A stretch of DNA of 37,607 nucleotides from Chthoniobacteraceae bacterium (GTDB taxonomy: Bacteria > Verrucomicrobiota > Verrucomicrobiia > Chthoniobacterales > Chthoniobacteraceae): positions 1 to 37,607 of the forward strand of contig JANNWY010000143.1 of assembly GCA_031409335.1 (NCBI GenBank), written 5' to 3'. The notes under the pieces are model-generated. The model had not been told where the DNA came from. It searched no databases and saw only the letters and a program-made list of their open reading frames with translations. This document shows, piece by piece, positions 26,949-35,557 of the stretch (position 1 is the first letter of the stretch; the number at the start of each line of letters is the position of its first letter). The position numbers and the translations under genes are program-made.

Positions 26949-28118
26949 TTGAAATTGCGGGTTTTGTTTCTCGATCACACGGGGGCGCTGGGTGGGGCGG
27001 AATTGTTCCTTTTGGAGCTGGCGCAGCATTGGGTCGGCGGGCGGAAGGTGCTGCTGTTTGCGGACGGTCCGTTGCGCGAACGGTTGGAGCGAGTGCAGGT
27101 GCCGGTGGAGGTGCTGACAGCAGATGATTCGGTAAATTCCGTGGCGCGCTCGGGCCGGGGTCTCGCGCAACTGCGGGCGATTCCGGGAGTGCGGCGGCTG
27201 GCGCGGCGGGTGGCGGAACAGGCGGCGGATTTCGAGGTGCTGTTTGCGAACAGTCAGAAGGCGCTCGTCGTCGGGGCGCTGGCGGCGTGGATGGCCGAGA
27301 AACGGCTTGTCTGGTATCTGCACGATATCGTGACGGCGGATCATTTCAGCGGATTGAACCGGCGGGTGTCGGTCTTTGTGGGGAATCGGTTTGCGGATCG
27401 GATCGTGGCAAACTCCCAGGCGAGTCTGGAGGCGTTTGCGGCCAGCGGCGGACGACGGGAGCGGACAGCGGTGGTTTACAATGGGATCGACGCCCCTGCG
27501 ATTTCGGCAGCAACGATGGAGGAAGGAGCGCGGCGGATTCGCGCCGGGTTGGGCGCGGGCGATACGAAAATCGTCGGCCTTTTCAGCCGAATCGCACCAT
27601 GGAAGGGCCAGCATGTGTTGCTGGAGGCGCTGGCCCACCTGCCGGAAATGAACGCGTGGTTGGTCGGTGCCCCTTTGTTTGGCGACGAGATCCGGTATCA
27701 GGAGGAACTGGTCGCAATGGCAAAATCGCGCGGGCTGACGGATCGGGTGCGGTTTCTGGGATTTCGGGACGATATACCCGAACTGTTAAACGCGGTGGAT
27801 TTTGTGGTGCATACGTCCATTTCTCCCGAGCCGTTTGGGCGGGTGATCGTGGAGGGAATGCTGGCGGGAAAACCGGTGATCGCGACGCGCGCGGGCGGTG
27901 CTTGCGAGATCATTCAGGACGGCGAAACGGGCTGTTTGGTCCTGCCGGGAGATAGCGCTGCGCTCGCCGCCACCCTGCGAAGATTGGTCGAGCACCCCGA
28001 AGAAGCGGCTCGTCTGGGGTTGGCCGGGAAACTTTCCGCGATCGAACGATTCTCCGTGGAAAGAATGGTGCGTGGAATCGAACAGGAAATATCCGCCGTT
28101 TTGGCCGCCGGTCGATAA
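26949..28118 (+). CDS. Glycosyltransferase family 4
   Basis: LKLRVLFLDH..GGAE, SRIAPWKG, PEPFGRVIVEGMLAGKPVI. TTG start inferred. Confidence 0.9.
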   Translation: MKLRVLFLDHTGALGGAELFLLELAQHWVGGRKVLLFADGPLRERLERVQVPVEVLTADDSVNSVARSGRGLAQLRAIPGVRRLARRVAEQAADFEVLFANSQKALVVGALAAWMAEKRLVWYLHDIVTADHFSGLNRRVSVFVGNRFADRIVANSQASLEAFAASGGRRERTAVVYNGIDAPAISAATMEEGARRIRAGLGAGDTKIVGLFSRIAPWKGQHVLLEALAHLPEMNAWLVGAPLFGDEIRYQEELVAMAKSRGLTDRVRFLGFRDDIPELLNAVDFVVHTSISPEPFGRVIVEGMLAGKPVIATRAGGACEIIQDGETGCLVLPGDSAALAATLRRLVEHPEEAARLGLAGKLSAIERFSVERMVRGIEQEISAVLAAGR

Positions 28119-28151
28119 GCGCGAAAGATCGGGCGCGATCAGTTTTCACTC

Positions 28152-28178
28152 CTCGTTCCCAAGTTGCACTCGGGAGCG
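28152..28178 (+). repeat. REP-like palindrome, copy 1
   Basis: ctcgttcccaagttgcactcgggagcg; same family as copies at 28732, 28766 and 29431. Confidence 0.85.
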
Positions 28179-28187
28179 AAACGGAAA

Positions 28188-28216
28188 TTGACGGTGCCCG
28201 GCAGCGGGAATACGGT
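28188..28216 (+). promoter_or_regulatory. Candidate sigma70 promoter for the TA operon, nearly leaderless
   Basis: TTGACG (28188-93), 17-bp spacer, TACGGT (28211-16); ATG follows 9 nt later. Confidence 0.45.
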
Positions 28217-28225
28217 GCGAGCGTA

Positions 28226-28411
28226 ATGGAAACCATCGCCGAACAACTTGAGAACAAGCTGCATGAGTGGAAGCCGGAAACCTCGCAAAAGGTTCGCGCG
28301 CTCGTGGCTGAAATCATCGAGATGGCGGACGAAGACGCTCTGGACATCGGCCGCTCCCGGAGCGTCGAGCAGGAAGTGATGGACATACTCGATGAGCCCT
28401 CGACCCGGTGA
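28226..28411 (+). CDS. Small acidic protein, putative antitoxin
   Basis: 61 aa, acidic, directly upstream of and overlapping a MazF-like gene. Confidence 0.7.
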   Translation: METIAEQLENKLHEWKPETSQKVRALVAEIIEMADEDALDIGRSRSVEQEVMDILDEPSTR

Positions 28412-28712
28412 AGTCTGGTTGGCAGACCTCGGAATGGCTGCCAAGACACGACCGGTTGTGGTGGTGTCGAGATACGATGAAGACCCGCCGCGCGTCCTGG
28501 TGCTCTATGTGCCGCTGACCTCGGAAGACCGGGGAAGCGAGTATGAAGTGGCGATGCCGAAACTGCCGTTCCTGCGTTTGGAAGGTGTGGCCAATGTGCA
28601 GGGTATCGGCTCGCTGCCGGTGAAAAGGCTCGAGCGTCGGCTTGGCGTATTGCCGGCGGAAGTGATCGAACGAATCAAGCAGGCGCTCCGCTTCGCATTG
28701 GATTTGGAGTAG
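28392..28712 (+). CDS. PemK/MazF-family toxin
   Basis: PRPGEVWLADLG..KTRPVVVVS, VPLTS, RRLGVL..IKQALRFALDL. Confidence 0.92.
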   Translation: MSPRPGEVWLADLGMAAKTRPVVVVSRYDEDPPRVLVLYVPLTSEDRGSEYEVAMPKLPFLRLEGVANVQGIGSLPVKRLERRLGVLPAEVIERIKQALRFALDLE

Positions 28713-28731
28713 CCTGCACTTTCCTCGTTTC

Positions 28732-28856
28732 CTCGTTCCCAAGTTGCACTTGGGAATGCACTTTCCTCGTTCCCAAGTTGCCCTTCGACACGCTCAGGGC
28801 CTTGAGCCTGCCGAGACGGCACTTGGGAGCGCACATGTCTCCGAAGCTCCGCTTCG
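28732..28856 (+). repeat. REP copies 2 and 3 (copy 3 interrupted) plus an accessory hairpin, upstream of RAYT
   Basis: ctcgttcccaagttgcacttgggaatgcac at 28732-28761; ctcgttcccaagttgc[39 nt]acttgggagcgcac at 28766-28834; cgaagctccgcttcg at 28842-28856. Confidence 0.85.
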
Positions 28857-28870
28857 CCCATCCTCACACG

Positions 28871-29404
28871 ATGCGATCCCGCTATCAGGCAAAGGAATCC
28901 GAGCGCGCCTACTTCGTCACCTCCACCATCGTTGCCTGGCTGCCAGTCTTCACCACGGCAGCCCGCTGCGACATCCTGGTCGAATCGCTCGAGTATTGCC
29001 GATCAAAGAAAGCATTGCGCATCGGCGCGTGGGTCATCCTCGACAACCACTTCCATGCCATCCTGGCCGCACCGGACCTGCCACGAGTGATGGCCGATTT
29101 CAAACGACACACCGCGAGCCGGATCATCGCGCAACTCGAATCCGAGCGTTGCGAGTGGCTGCTCAATCAACTGCGATACTTCCGCGCCGCGCATAAGTCC
29201 GAGAGCGAGCATCAGGTCTGGCAGGAGGGTTTTCATCCGCAGGCCATCGTGTCCGATGAGATGATGGAGCAGAAGCGCCAGTATTTGCACCAAAACCCCG
29301 TCAAGCGCGGTCTCGTAGCCAACCCGGAGCACTGGCGTTATTCATCGGCGTACGAGTGGATGGATGGCGGGACCCCGGTGCTGCGCTGTGATCCGTGGCG
29401 TTGA
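28871..29404 (+). mobile_element. REP-associated tyrosine transposase (RAYT, Y1 HUH / IS200-like)
   Basis: YFVT, WVILDNHFH (HUH), DFK, WQEGF, YLHQNPVKRGLV..WRYSSA. Flanked by inverted REP copies. Confidence 0.92.
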
Positions 29405-29408
29405 CGGA

Positions 29409-29477
29409 GGCAGTAAAACTGCCGGGACAAGTGCGTTCCCAAGTGCAACTTGCGAACGAGGTGAACGAGGTGAACGC
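29409..29477 (-). repeat. REP copy 4 (inverted) with accessory hairpin and short tandem tail
   Basis: ggcagtaaaactgcc hairpin, then gtgcgttcccaagtgcaacttgcgaacgag (29431-29460, reverse complement of copy 2 with 2 differences), then gtgaacgag gtgaacg. Confidence 0.85.
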
Positions 29478-29487
29478 TCGGGGATTC

Positions 29488-29646
29488 ATGTTTAGCCTAT
29501 TGCTATCGCTGTGGTCGCTGCTTTGGCGGCAGGATCGTTCCGTCGTCGGCGAGTCCCGATTTGATCGTGAGGCGCGTATCCTCGGTTCGGTTTTGGTGCT
29601 GATCGCGCTTGGTGTCGCCTTCGCAGGCTATTGGTTCATCCGTTGA
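29488..29646 (+). CDS. Possible small membrane protein (52 aa)
   Basis: MFSLLLSLWSLLWR..ILGSVLVLIALGVAFAGYWFIR; fills the gap before truA. Confidence 0.45.
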   Translation: MFSLLLSLWSLLWRQDRSVVGESRFDREARILGSVLVLIALGVAFAGYWFIR

Positions 29647-29650
29647 CGCC

Positions 29651-30421
29651 GTGCCGGAATTGCGGCTCAAACTCCTCATCGCCTACGACGGTCGCAAATT
29701 CCGCGGCTGGCAGAGCCAGGCGACTCGCGATGGGGTGCAGGATTTTCTGGAGAAAGCGCTGGCGCAAATCGTCGGCACACGGGTCGTCGTCCACGGCTCG
29801 GGGCGCACGGATGCGGGCGTCCATGCGCTCGGGCAAGTCGCGCATATCGACGTGCCGTGCGACCGCGTGCCGCTCGCGAAATGGGCGACCGCGATCAACG
29901 CATGTCTGCCGCACGAAATCCGCGTGCTCCGGGCGACCCGCGCGAAACCGGCATTCCACGCGCGCTTCGATGCCAGCGGGAAAATTTATACTTATCGCAT
30001 CTGGGCCGACCCGATCTTTCACCCGATGGAAATCGGGCGCGCGTGGTTCATGCCCATACCGCTCGATACCGCGCGGCTGAACGAGACGGCGCAATGGCTC
30101 ACCGGCACGCACGATTTCGCCAGCTTCGCGGCGAATCGCGGCCAGCCGGAACTCGGCACGGTGCGCACGATCAAAGCGATCCACATGGTGAAACGCGGGC
30201 CGCTCATCACGCTGCGATTCGAGGGCAGCGGATTCCTATACAAAATGGTCCGCCTGCTCACCGGCACGCTCGTCCGTGTCGCGCAGGGCCGCCTCGAACC
30301 GCAATTCATCCGCGAACTGCTTGGCGAACCTGGCAAACGAAAAACCAACTGCGCCGCCCCCGCGGACGGCCTGTATCTCACGCGCGTCCTTTACAAAAAG
30401 CGCAAAGAGCGTTCCCGCTAA
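29651..30421 (+). CDS. truA: tRNA pseudouridine(38-40) synthase
   Basis: IAYDG..GWQ, GSGRTDAGVHA, FHARF, GTHDF, FLYKMVR, APADGLYL. GTG start inferred. Confidence 0.96.
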   Translation: MPELRLKLLIAYDGRKFRGWQSQATRDGVQDFLEKALAQIVGTRVVVHGSGRTDAGVHALGQVAHIDVPCDRVPLAKWATAINACLPHEIRVLRATRAKPAFHARFDASGKIYTYRIWADPIFHPMEIGRAWFMPIPLDTARLNETAQWLTGTHDFASFAANRGQPELGTVRTIKAIHMVKRGPLITLRFEGSGFLYKMVRLLTGTLVRVAQGRLEPQFIRELLGEPGKRKTNCAAPADGLYLTRVLYKKRKERSR

Positions 30422-31284
30422 CGCTTGTCAGTAATCGTGACGGTTTCCCTTTGGATGAGCCCGATGTTCGCTCCGACCGCGTTGCTCAGTCGCAGGCGGA
30501 AAATGCGGCTGCCTTGCGTGCCGAGGCGGAATTTGATCGTGACCGGGAAGATTTTCACGACCTCGCCAGGCGCGAACACGAGCACGCCGGCCAACGGTTC
30601 GAAGTCGTTGGCTGTCGCAGTCGCCGGCGCGGATGAATACACCACGGACACTGCGGTCTCCGTGTTGACCTTCCGGCGGACGCGCACGAGCAGCGTGCCG
30701 ACGTCTTCGGACACGGTGACTGCCGCCGAGCGAAATTCGATGACCGGCTGAACGCTCACGGTCACTTTGGATCCGGGCTCCAGGACGACCGTCCCGACAT
30801 CCGCGATGCCGGGGATGCTGAATTCGACATTCACCACGTGAAAACGAATCTGCCCGATGCCCGACACCCGGCCGACGATGGTCATCTTCGCGGTCGCATT
30901 CACGCCGACCGCGATCGGGATGGCGCCGGAGAAAGTGCGGTTGACGATGCTGATCGGAAGCGTGCCGCCGGGGTTCAATTGGGTGCCATTCAAAACCGAT
31001 GAACTGCCGGGCTGCAGTTGCTCCAGCAGTTGGCTGAGTCGCGTCCCACTTGGGATAATGGCCGACAGCAATCCAGTCCCGCGAATGGTGCCCGAAATCG
31101 CGTAGTCATATAACGTCGCCGCCGGCAAATACGTCGTCCCGCTGGTGAGATGCACGTCGCGACCGCTTCCAAAAGTCGCGCCACTGAGATCGACGGTGGC
31201 AACGCCCACCGCTTGAGAATCGACGTCGAGCAAAACCAGCGCACTCAAAACACTTGCGAACAAACGAACAAAAGAAGGGATCAT
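30418..31284 (-). CDS. Secreted protein with C-terminal Calx-beta-like domain
   Basis: N-terminal hydrophobic signal; IEF..VTVSEDVG..V.V.Y..TATANDF..GVLVFAPGE..F.LRLSN pattern. Confidence 0.8.
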   Translation of the reverse strand: MIPSFVRLFASVLSALVLLDVDSQAVGVATVDLSGATFGSGRDVHLTSGTTYLPAATLYDYAISGTIRGTGLLSAIIPSGTRLSQLLEQLQPGSSSVLNGTQLNPGGTLPISIVNRTFSGAIPIAVGVNATAKMTIVGRVSGIGQIRFHVVNVEFSIPGIADVGTVVLEPGSKVTVSVQPVIEFRSAAVTVSEDVGTLLVRVRRKVNTETAVSVVYSSAPATATANDFEPLAGVLVFAPGEVVKIFPVTIKFRLGTQGSRIFRLRLSNAVGANIGLIQRETVTITDKR

Positions 31285-31324
31285 GGGAAAAAAGCGATGG
31301 AGTTTGGCGTGAGTTGTGGTGCGA

Positions 31325-31888
31325 TTATTGGGGAGTGGGAGCGGGTGTGTTTTCGGCGGTCGCGGTGCCGCTGCGCGGCCTCACGACGATCGCGTATTTG
31401 TCATACACAAATTCCACTTTAGCGACTTCACCGAGATAGCGGAGCACTTCGCTGTAGGGCACGTTCGCCAGCGCGAGCGTTACCGGCTGCAGCTTCTGCT
31501 CGTCGGAAAGCTGTTGCACGAAATTCACGTTCACCTTGCCCTCCGAATGTTTCGTCGCCGCCTGCCGGAGGAATTCCAGCGAACTGCCGAGCGTGGCTTC
31601 GCGGAACTCGACCTTCGGAACCATCACTTTTTCGAGCTGCTTTTGCATCGAGTTCACCTGCGGCTTTTTCGAATCTTCCACGGCGATTTTTCGCAGAAAT
31701 CCGATCGCGACAAGATTCTTCGGATCGACCTTCGTGACGGCCTGAAAGTTCTTTTTCGCCGTTTCAATGTCGCCTTTCATGTAGGCGGTCTGGGCGGCGG
31801 TGAGGAGTTCCTGCGTGGATTCGGCGAAGGCACCGACGGTGAGCATGATGAGCGAGGCGAAACCGACGAGGGGAATCAGGGATTTCAT
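31325..31888 (-). CDS. Secreted hypothetical protein (TPR-like helix pair plus STN/secretin-N-like segment)
   Basis: Signal peptide; AQTAYMKGDIETAKKNFQAVTKVDPKN; PKVEFREATL..VTLALANVPYSEVLRY. Confidence 0.75.
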   Translation of the reverse strand: MKSLIPLVGFASLIMLTVGAFAESTQELLTAAQTAYMKGDIETAKKNFQAVTKVDPKNLVAIGFLRKIAVEDSKKPQVNSMQKQLEKVMVPKVEFREATLGSSLEFLRQAATKHSEGKVNVNFVQQLSDEQKLQPVTLALANVPYSEVLRYLGEVAKVEFVYDKYAIVVRPRSGTATAENTPAPTPQ

Positions 31889-31987
31889 GGATTCAAGATG
31901 CACCATTTTCAGGCAATTGGAAGCCCGCAGAATGAATCGCGCGAAGACGCTTGCAGGACCGGACGCGTTCCCTGCAATGTCGGCAAC

Positions 31988-32941
31988 ATGATCGTCACCA
32001 CTGCTGAACTATACAGGGTCGCTTACGGGAAGTTCGCGATTGGAGCCTACAACATTAACAACGCCGAACAGACGATGGGCCTTTTCAAAGGTGCCATCGC
32101 GAGTCAGTCGCCTTTCATCATCCAGATTTCAAAAGGCGCGCGCGCTTACACCGAAAAACGGATGCTCGAAGCCATCATCCGTTCCGCGGGCGAGATTTTT
32201 CCGGACGCGATTTTCGCCGTGCATCTCGATCACGGCGACGAGGCGACTTGCTACGATTGCATCGACTCCGGCTTCTACAGTTCGGTGATGATCGACGCGT
32301 CGCACGAGTCGTTTGAGGAAAACATCGCGATCACCAAACGCGTCGTCGATCGCGCGCACGCCAAGGGCCTGAGCGTCGAAGCGGAGTTGGGAATGCTCGG
32401 CGGCGTCGAGGAAGACATCGTCGTCGATGAAGGCCACGCGTGTCTGACGAATCCGGACGAGGCCGTGGAATTCGTCTCGCGCACCGGCTGCGACGCGCTC
32501 GCCGCGGCGATCGGCACCAGCCACGGCGCTTACAAATTCAAAGGCCATCAGTCGCTGCACTTCGATGTGATCAAAGCGATCCAGGAAAAAATTCCCGGCA
32601 CCCCGATCGTCATGCACGGCAGCTCCAGCGTGCCGAAGGACGAAGTGGCGCGCATCAATGCCGCTGGCGGCAAGCTCGACCCGAGCGCGTGCGGCGTGGA
32701 TGAAAACGAATACCTGCCCGCCGCGAAAATGGGCGTGACGAAAGTGAACATCGACACCGATGGCCGCCTCGTCTGGACCCGCGTCCACCGCGAATTTTTC
32801 CGCGACAAACCGGGCGACTTCGACTTCCGCCCGCCGGGCAAAATCTTCATCGAGGAATACGCGAAATTCATCGCCAGCCGCAGCGAAAAGCTCGGCAGCG
32901 CGAACCAACTCGCCGCCGTGCGCGCGTCGCTCGGAAAATGA
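31988..32941 (+). CDS. fba: Fructose-bisphosphate aldolase class II
   Basis: GAYNINN, VHLDHG, SVMIDAS, VEAELG, AIGTSHGAYK, VMHGSS, KVNIDTD. Confidence 0.96.
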   Translation: MIVTTAELYRVAYGKFAIGAYNINNAEQTMGLFKGAIASQSPFIIQISKGARAYTEKRMLEAIIRSAGEIFPDAIFAVHLDHGDEATCYDCIDSGFYSSVMIDASHESFEENIAITKRVVDRAHAKGLSVEAELGMLGGVEEDIVVDEGHACLTNPDEAVEFVSRTGCDALAAAIGTSHGAYKFKGHQSLHFDVIKAIQEKIPGTPIVMHGSSSVPKDEVARINAAGGKLDPSACGVDENEYLPAAKMGVTKVNIDTDGRLVWTRVHREFFRDKPGDFDFRPPGKIFIEEYAKFIASRSEKLGSANQLAAVRASLGK

Positions 32942-33252
32942 AATCGCTCGTCCACGCGCTGCTTGCTCTTTCGATCAGCGCGTCCGCGTTTGCCGCCGAC
33001 GAAAAGCCCGCACTGCCGATCGAGAAAGCGCTTTCGATCACGCAGGATTATTTGAAAAAGAGCGGTCACGCGGGCGCGGTGGCGATTGCCGGGCTCTCAG
33101 TCGAGCGCGCGTCGATCACCAACAAGAAGACGCACTGGTATGCGAAGTGGGCGCCCGCCATCGCGCTCGATGGTGGCCGCAAAGAATTCGGAATCGAGAT
33201 CGCGATGGATGGCACGGTGGCGCGGATCGTGGACAAAAAAGCGCCGAAATAA
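32938..33252 (+). CDS. Secreted hypothetical protein
   Basis: Signal peptide MKSLVHALLALSISASAFA; ATGA-coupled to fba. Confidence 0.75.
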   Translation: MKSLVHALLALSISASAFAADEKPALPIEKALSITQDYLKKSGHAGAVAIAGLSVERASITNKKTHWYAKWAPAIALDGGRKEFGIEIAMDGTVARIVDKKAPK

Positions 33253-33253
33253 T

Positions 33254-33712
33254 GTGACCGGAATCGGGACCGCATTGCTTGCAGCATTCTTCGCGTGGCC
33301 GGGCGTCACCTGGCCCGCGATCAAGGCGCGCATCGCGAAGGAATTCCCGAATGTGAAGTCGATCAGCACGGCGGACCTGGCGACTGCGAAAGCGAAACCG
33401 GTGCTGCTCGATGTGCGGACGGCGGCGGAGTTTGCAGTGAGCCATTTGCCCGGAGCGCAGCGCGTGGACCCGGACGCGAAGACCATCGCGCTGCCAAGGG
33501 ATACACCGATCGTGACGTACTGCTCCGTCGGCTATCGCTCCGCGAAACTCGCGCAGCGTTTGCAGGAAGCGGGCTTCACGAACGTGCGGAATCTCGACGG
33601 CTCGATCTTCCAATGGGCCAACGAAGGCCGCGCGATCGAGCCCGGAACGAAGGTGCATCCATACGACAAAAAATGGGGCGTGCTGCTGGATGCCGCGCGA
33701 CGCGCGGAGTGA
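33254..33712 (+). CDS. Rhodanese-like domain protein
   Basis: LLDVR..EFAVSHLPGA, YCSVGYRS, NLDGSIFQW. GTG start. Confidence 0.9.
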   Translation: MTGIGTALLAAFFAWPGVTWPAIKARIAKEFPNVKSISTADLATAKAKPVLLDVRTAAEFAVSHLPGAQRVDPDAKTIALPRDTPIVTYCSVGYRSAKLAQRLQEAGFTNVRNLDGSIFQWANEGRAIEPGTKVHPYDKKWGVLLDAARRAE

Positions 33713-34557
33713 TCCGGGTCCACGCCCCCGCCAAAATCAACATCTCGTTGCGCGTCCTCCGCCGCCGCGACGATGGTTTCCATGACATCGAATCGCTCAT
33801 GGTTCCCATTTCGATCTTCGACAAACTCGAAATCGAAAAGCGTGATGCGGGCGGGATCGAATTCACGTGCAGCGAGCCGGATGTTCCCGCAGACGACACG
33901 AATCTCGTCGTCCGCGCCGCGCGCTCGTTTTGCGCTGCTTTTCAAATCGCGCCGAATCTCCGCGTTGCTCTAAAAAAAGAAATCCCTCACGGCGCGGGCC
34001 TCGGCGGCGGCAGTAGCGACGCCGCTTCCACGCTCCTCGCGCTCGACGAAATCTTCGCCACGAACGCCCCGCGCGAAAAACTCCACGCACTCGCGGCTGA
34101 CATCGGCTCCGACGTTCCCTTTTTCCTCGATCGCTCCGCCGCCTGCGTGCAGGGCCGCGGCGAAATCGTCACGCCAATCCCCTTCCCTCACACGATCCCG
34201 CTGCTTCTCATCAAGCCGCCGTTCGGCGTGCCGACTCCTTGGGCATACCGGCAGTGGCGCGATTCGTTGGAAGTTCCAAACGTTCGCTACGACGCACAGG
34301 AATTTCCGTGGGGCACCCTCGTCAACGATCTCGAAAGACCGGTGTTCGAAAAATTCATCCTGCTCGCGGACATAAAAACTTGGCTGCTCGCGAAACCCGA
34401 AGTCGCGGGCGCGCTGCTGTCCGGCTCGGGCGCCACTGTTTTCGCGGTGCTGCGTGAAAAAGCCGGCGCTGCATCCTTGCGGGAAAAGGTGATCGCGGAA
34501 TTCGGTGACAACGTCTGGTGCCGCGCCGCCGAGACGCTCGCGACCGCCGGCGCGTGA
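33709..34557 (+). CDS. ispE: 4-diphosphocytidyl-2C-methyl-D-erythritol kinase
   Basis: APAKIN, DGFHDI, KEIPHGAGLGGGSSDAA, GSDVPFF, NDLE, SGSG. GTGA overlap with the upstream stop. Confidence 0.96.
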   Translation: MIRVHAPAKINISLRVLRRRDDGFHDIESLMVPISIFDKLEIEKRDAGGIEFTCSEPDVPADDTNLVVRAARSFCAAFQIAPNLRVALKKEIPHGAGLGGGSSDAASTLLALDEIFATNAPREKLHALAADIGSDVPFFLDRSAACVQGRGEIVTPIPFPHTIPLLLIKPPFGVPTPWAYRQWRDSLEVPNVRYDAQEFPWGTLVNDLERPVFEKFILLADIKTWLLAKPEVAGALLSGSGATVFAVLREKAGAASLREKVIAEFGDNVWCRAAETLATAGA

Positions 34558-34615
34558 GCCGGGCGCGAGGTTGTGCTGGCGATGGTCGCGGGGCTGCGTT
34601 ACCCATCGCGCCTTC

Positions 34616-35557
34616 ATGCCAGAGCCCGCAGTCGCCCTCGATCAACTCGCCAAATCCTTCGGCCAATTCACCGCCGTCGATCGCATCTCGCTGACGATCC
34701 CGGCAGGCGAAATCTTCGGCTTTCTCGGCGCGAACGGCGCGGGAAAAACCACGACGATGCGAATGCTGTGCGGGCTGAACAAACCGTCGTCCGGCTCGGG
34801 AAAAATCATGGGGCGCGACATCTGGGCGGAGCGTTACGAGGTGCGTTCGCAGTTCGGCTACGTCGCGCAAAAATTCAGCCTCTATCCTGATCTCACGGTG
34901 GAGGAAAACCTGCGCTTCTTCGGCGGCGCTTACCGCGTGAACGGCAGGCAGCTCGACACGCGCATCGAAACGCTCGTGAAGCAGCTCGATCTCACCGCAA
35001 AACGCACCGCGCTCGCGGGCAGTCTTTCCGGCGGAATGCGGCAGATGCTCGCCGTCGCGTGCGCGCTCATCCACGAGCCCGCGCTGCTTTTTCTCGATGA
35101 ACCGACGTCCGGCCTCGACCCGGTGCATCGCCAGCAGATTTGGGATTTGCTCTACGATCTCAGCCACCGCGGCACCACGATTTTCGTCACCACGCATTAC
35201 ATGGATGAAGCCGAGCGCTGCACGGAAGTCGGCTTCCTGCATCAAGGCCGGTTGCTCGCGAAGGAATCGCCGCTGCGACTCAAGCAGCGCTTCAAAGGCC
35301 GCATCCTCGAAGTGCAAATCGAGCCAGTGATGGAAGCGCTCATCCAGCTTCGCAGCGCGCCCGGCGTGCTTGGCGTCGCGCTGCGCAGCGGGAAGGTGCG
35401 CGTCTATTCCGCAGTCGCGGAAAAGCTCGTGGCCGACTGGAAAACCGCGTGGCCGTTTCCCGCGCTCCGCTGGCTCGATCACGCGTGGGTCGCGCCGGAC
35501 ATGGAGGATGTGTTCAAGGCTTACTCGCAGGGTTACGAGGAGATTTTGGACAAATGA
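34616..35557 (+). CDS. ABC-2 type transporter ATP-binding protein
   Basis: GANGAGKTT, LSGG, FLDEPTSGLDP, TTHYMDEAE. Confidence 0.93.
   Translation: MPEPAVALDQLAKSFGQFTAVDRISLTIPAGEIFGFLGANGAGKTTTMRMLCGLNKPSSGSGKIMGRDIWAERYEVRSQFGYVAQKFSLYPDLTVEENLRFFGGAYRVNGRQLDTRIETLVKQLDLTAKRTALAGSLSGGMRQMLAVACALIHEPALLFLDEPTSGLDPVHRQQIWDLLYDLSHRGTTIFVTTHYMDEAERCTEVGFLHQGRLLAKESPLRLKQRFKGRILEVQIEPVMEALIQLRSAPGVLGVALRSGKVRVYSAVAEKLVADWKTAWPFPALRWLDHAWVAPDMEDVFKAYSQGYEEILDK

Noticed and set aside
28778..28870. Longer N-terminus for the RAYT
   Set aside because: It runs through the REP palindromes; family-like sequence starts at MRSRY (28871).
28152..29460. CRISPR array
   Set aside because: Repeats are irregularly spaced, occur in both orientations, enclose whole genes and flank a RAYT; no cas genes are present.
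31316..31987. N-terminal extension of fba (541-aa ORF)
   Set aside because: It is the antisense shadow of the 31325-31888 gene; aldolase similarity begins at ATG 31988.
34579..34609. Hairpin gcgatgg...ccatcgc as a terminator after ispE
   Set aside because: No U-tract follows, and short GC stems are common at this composition.
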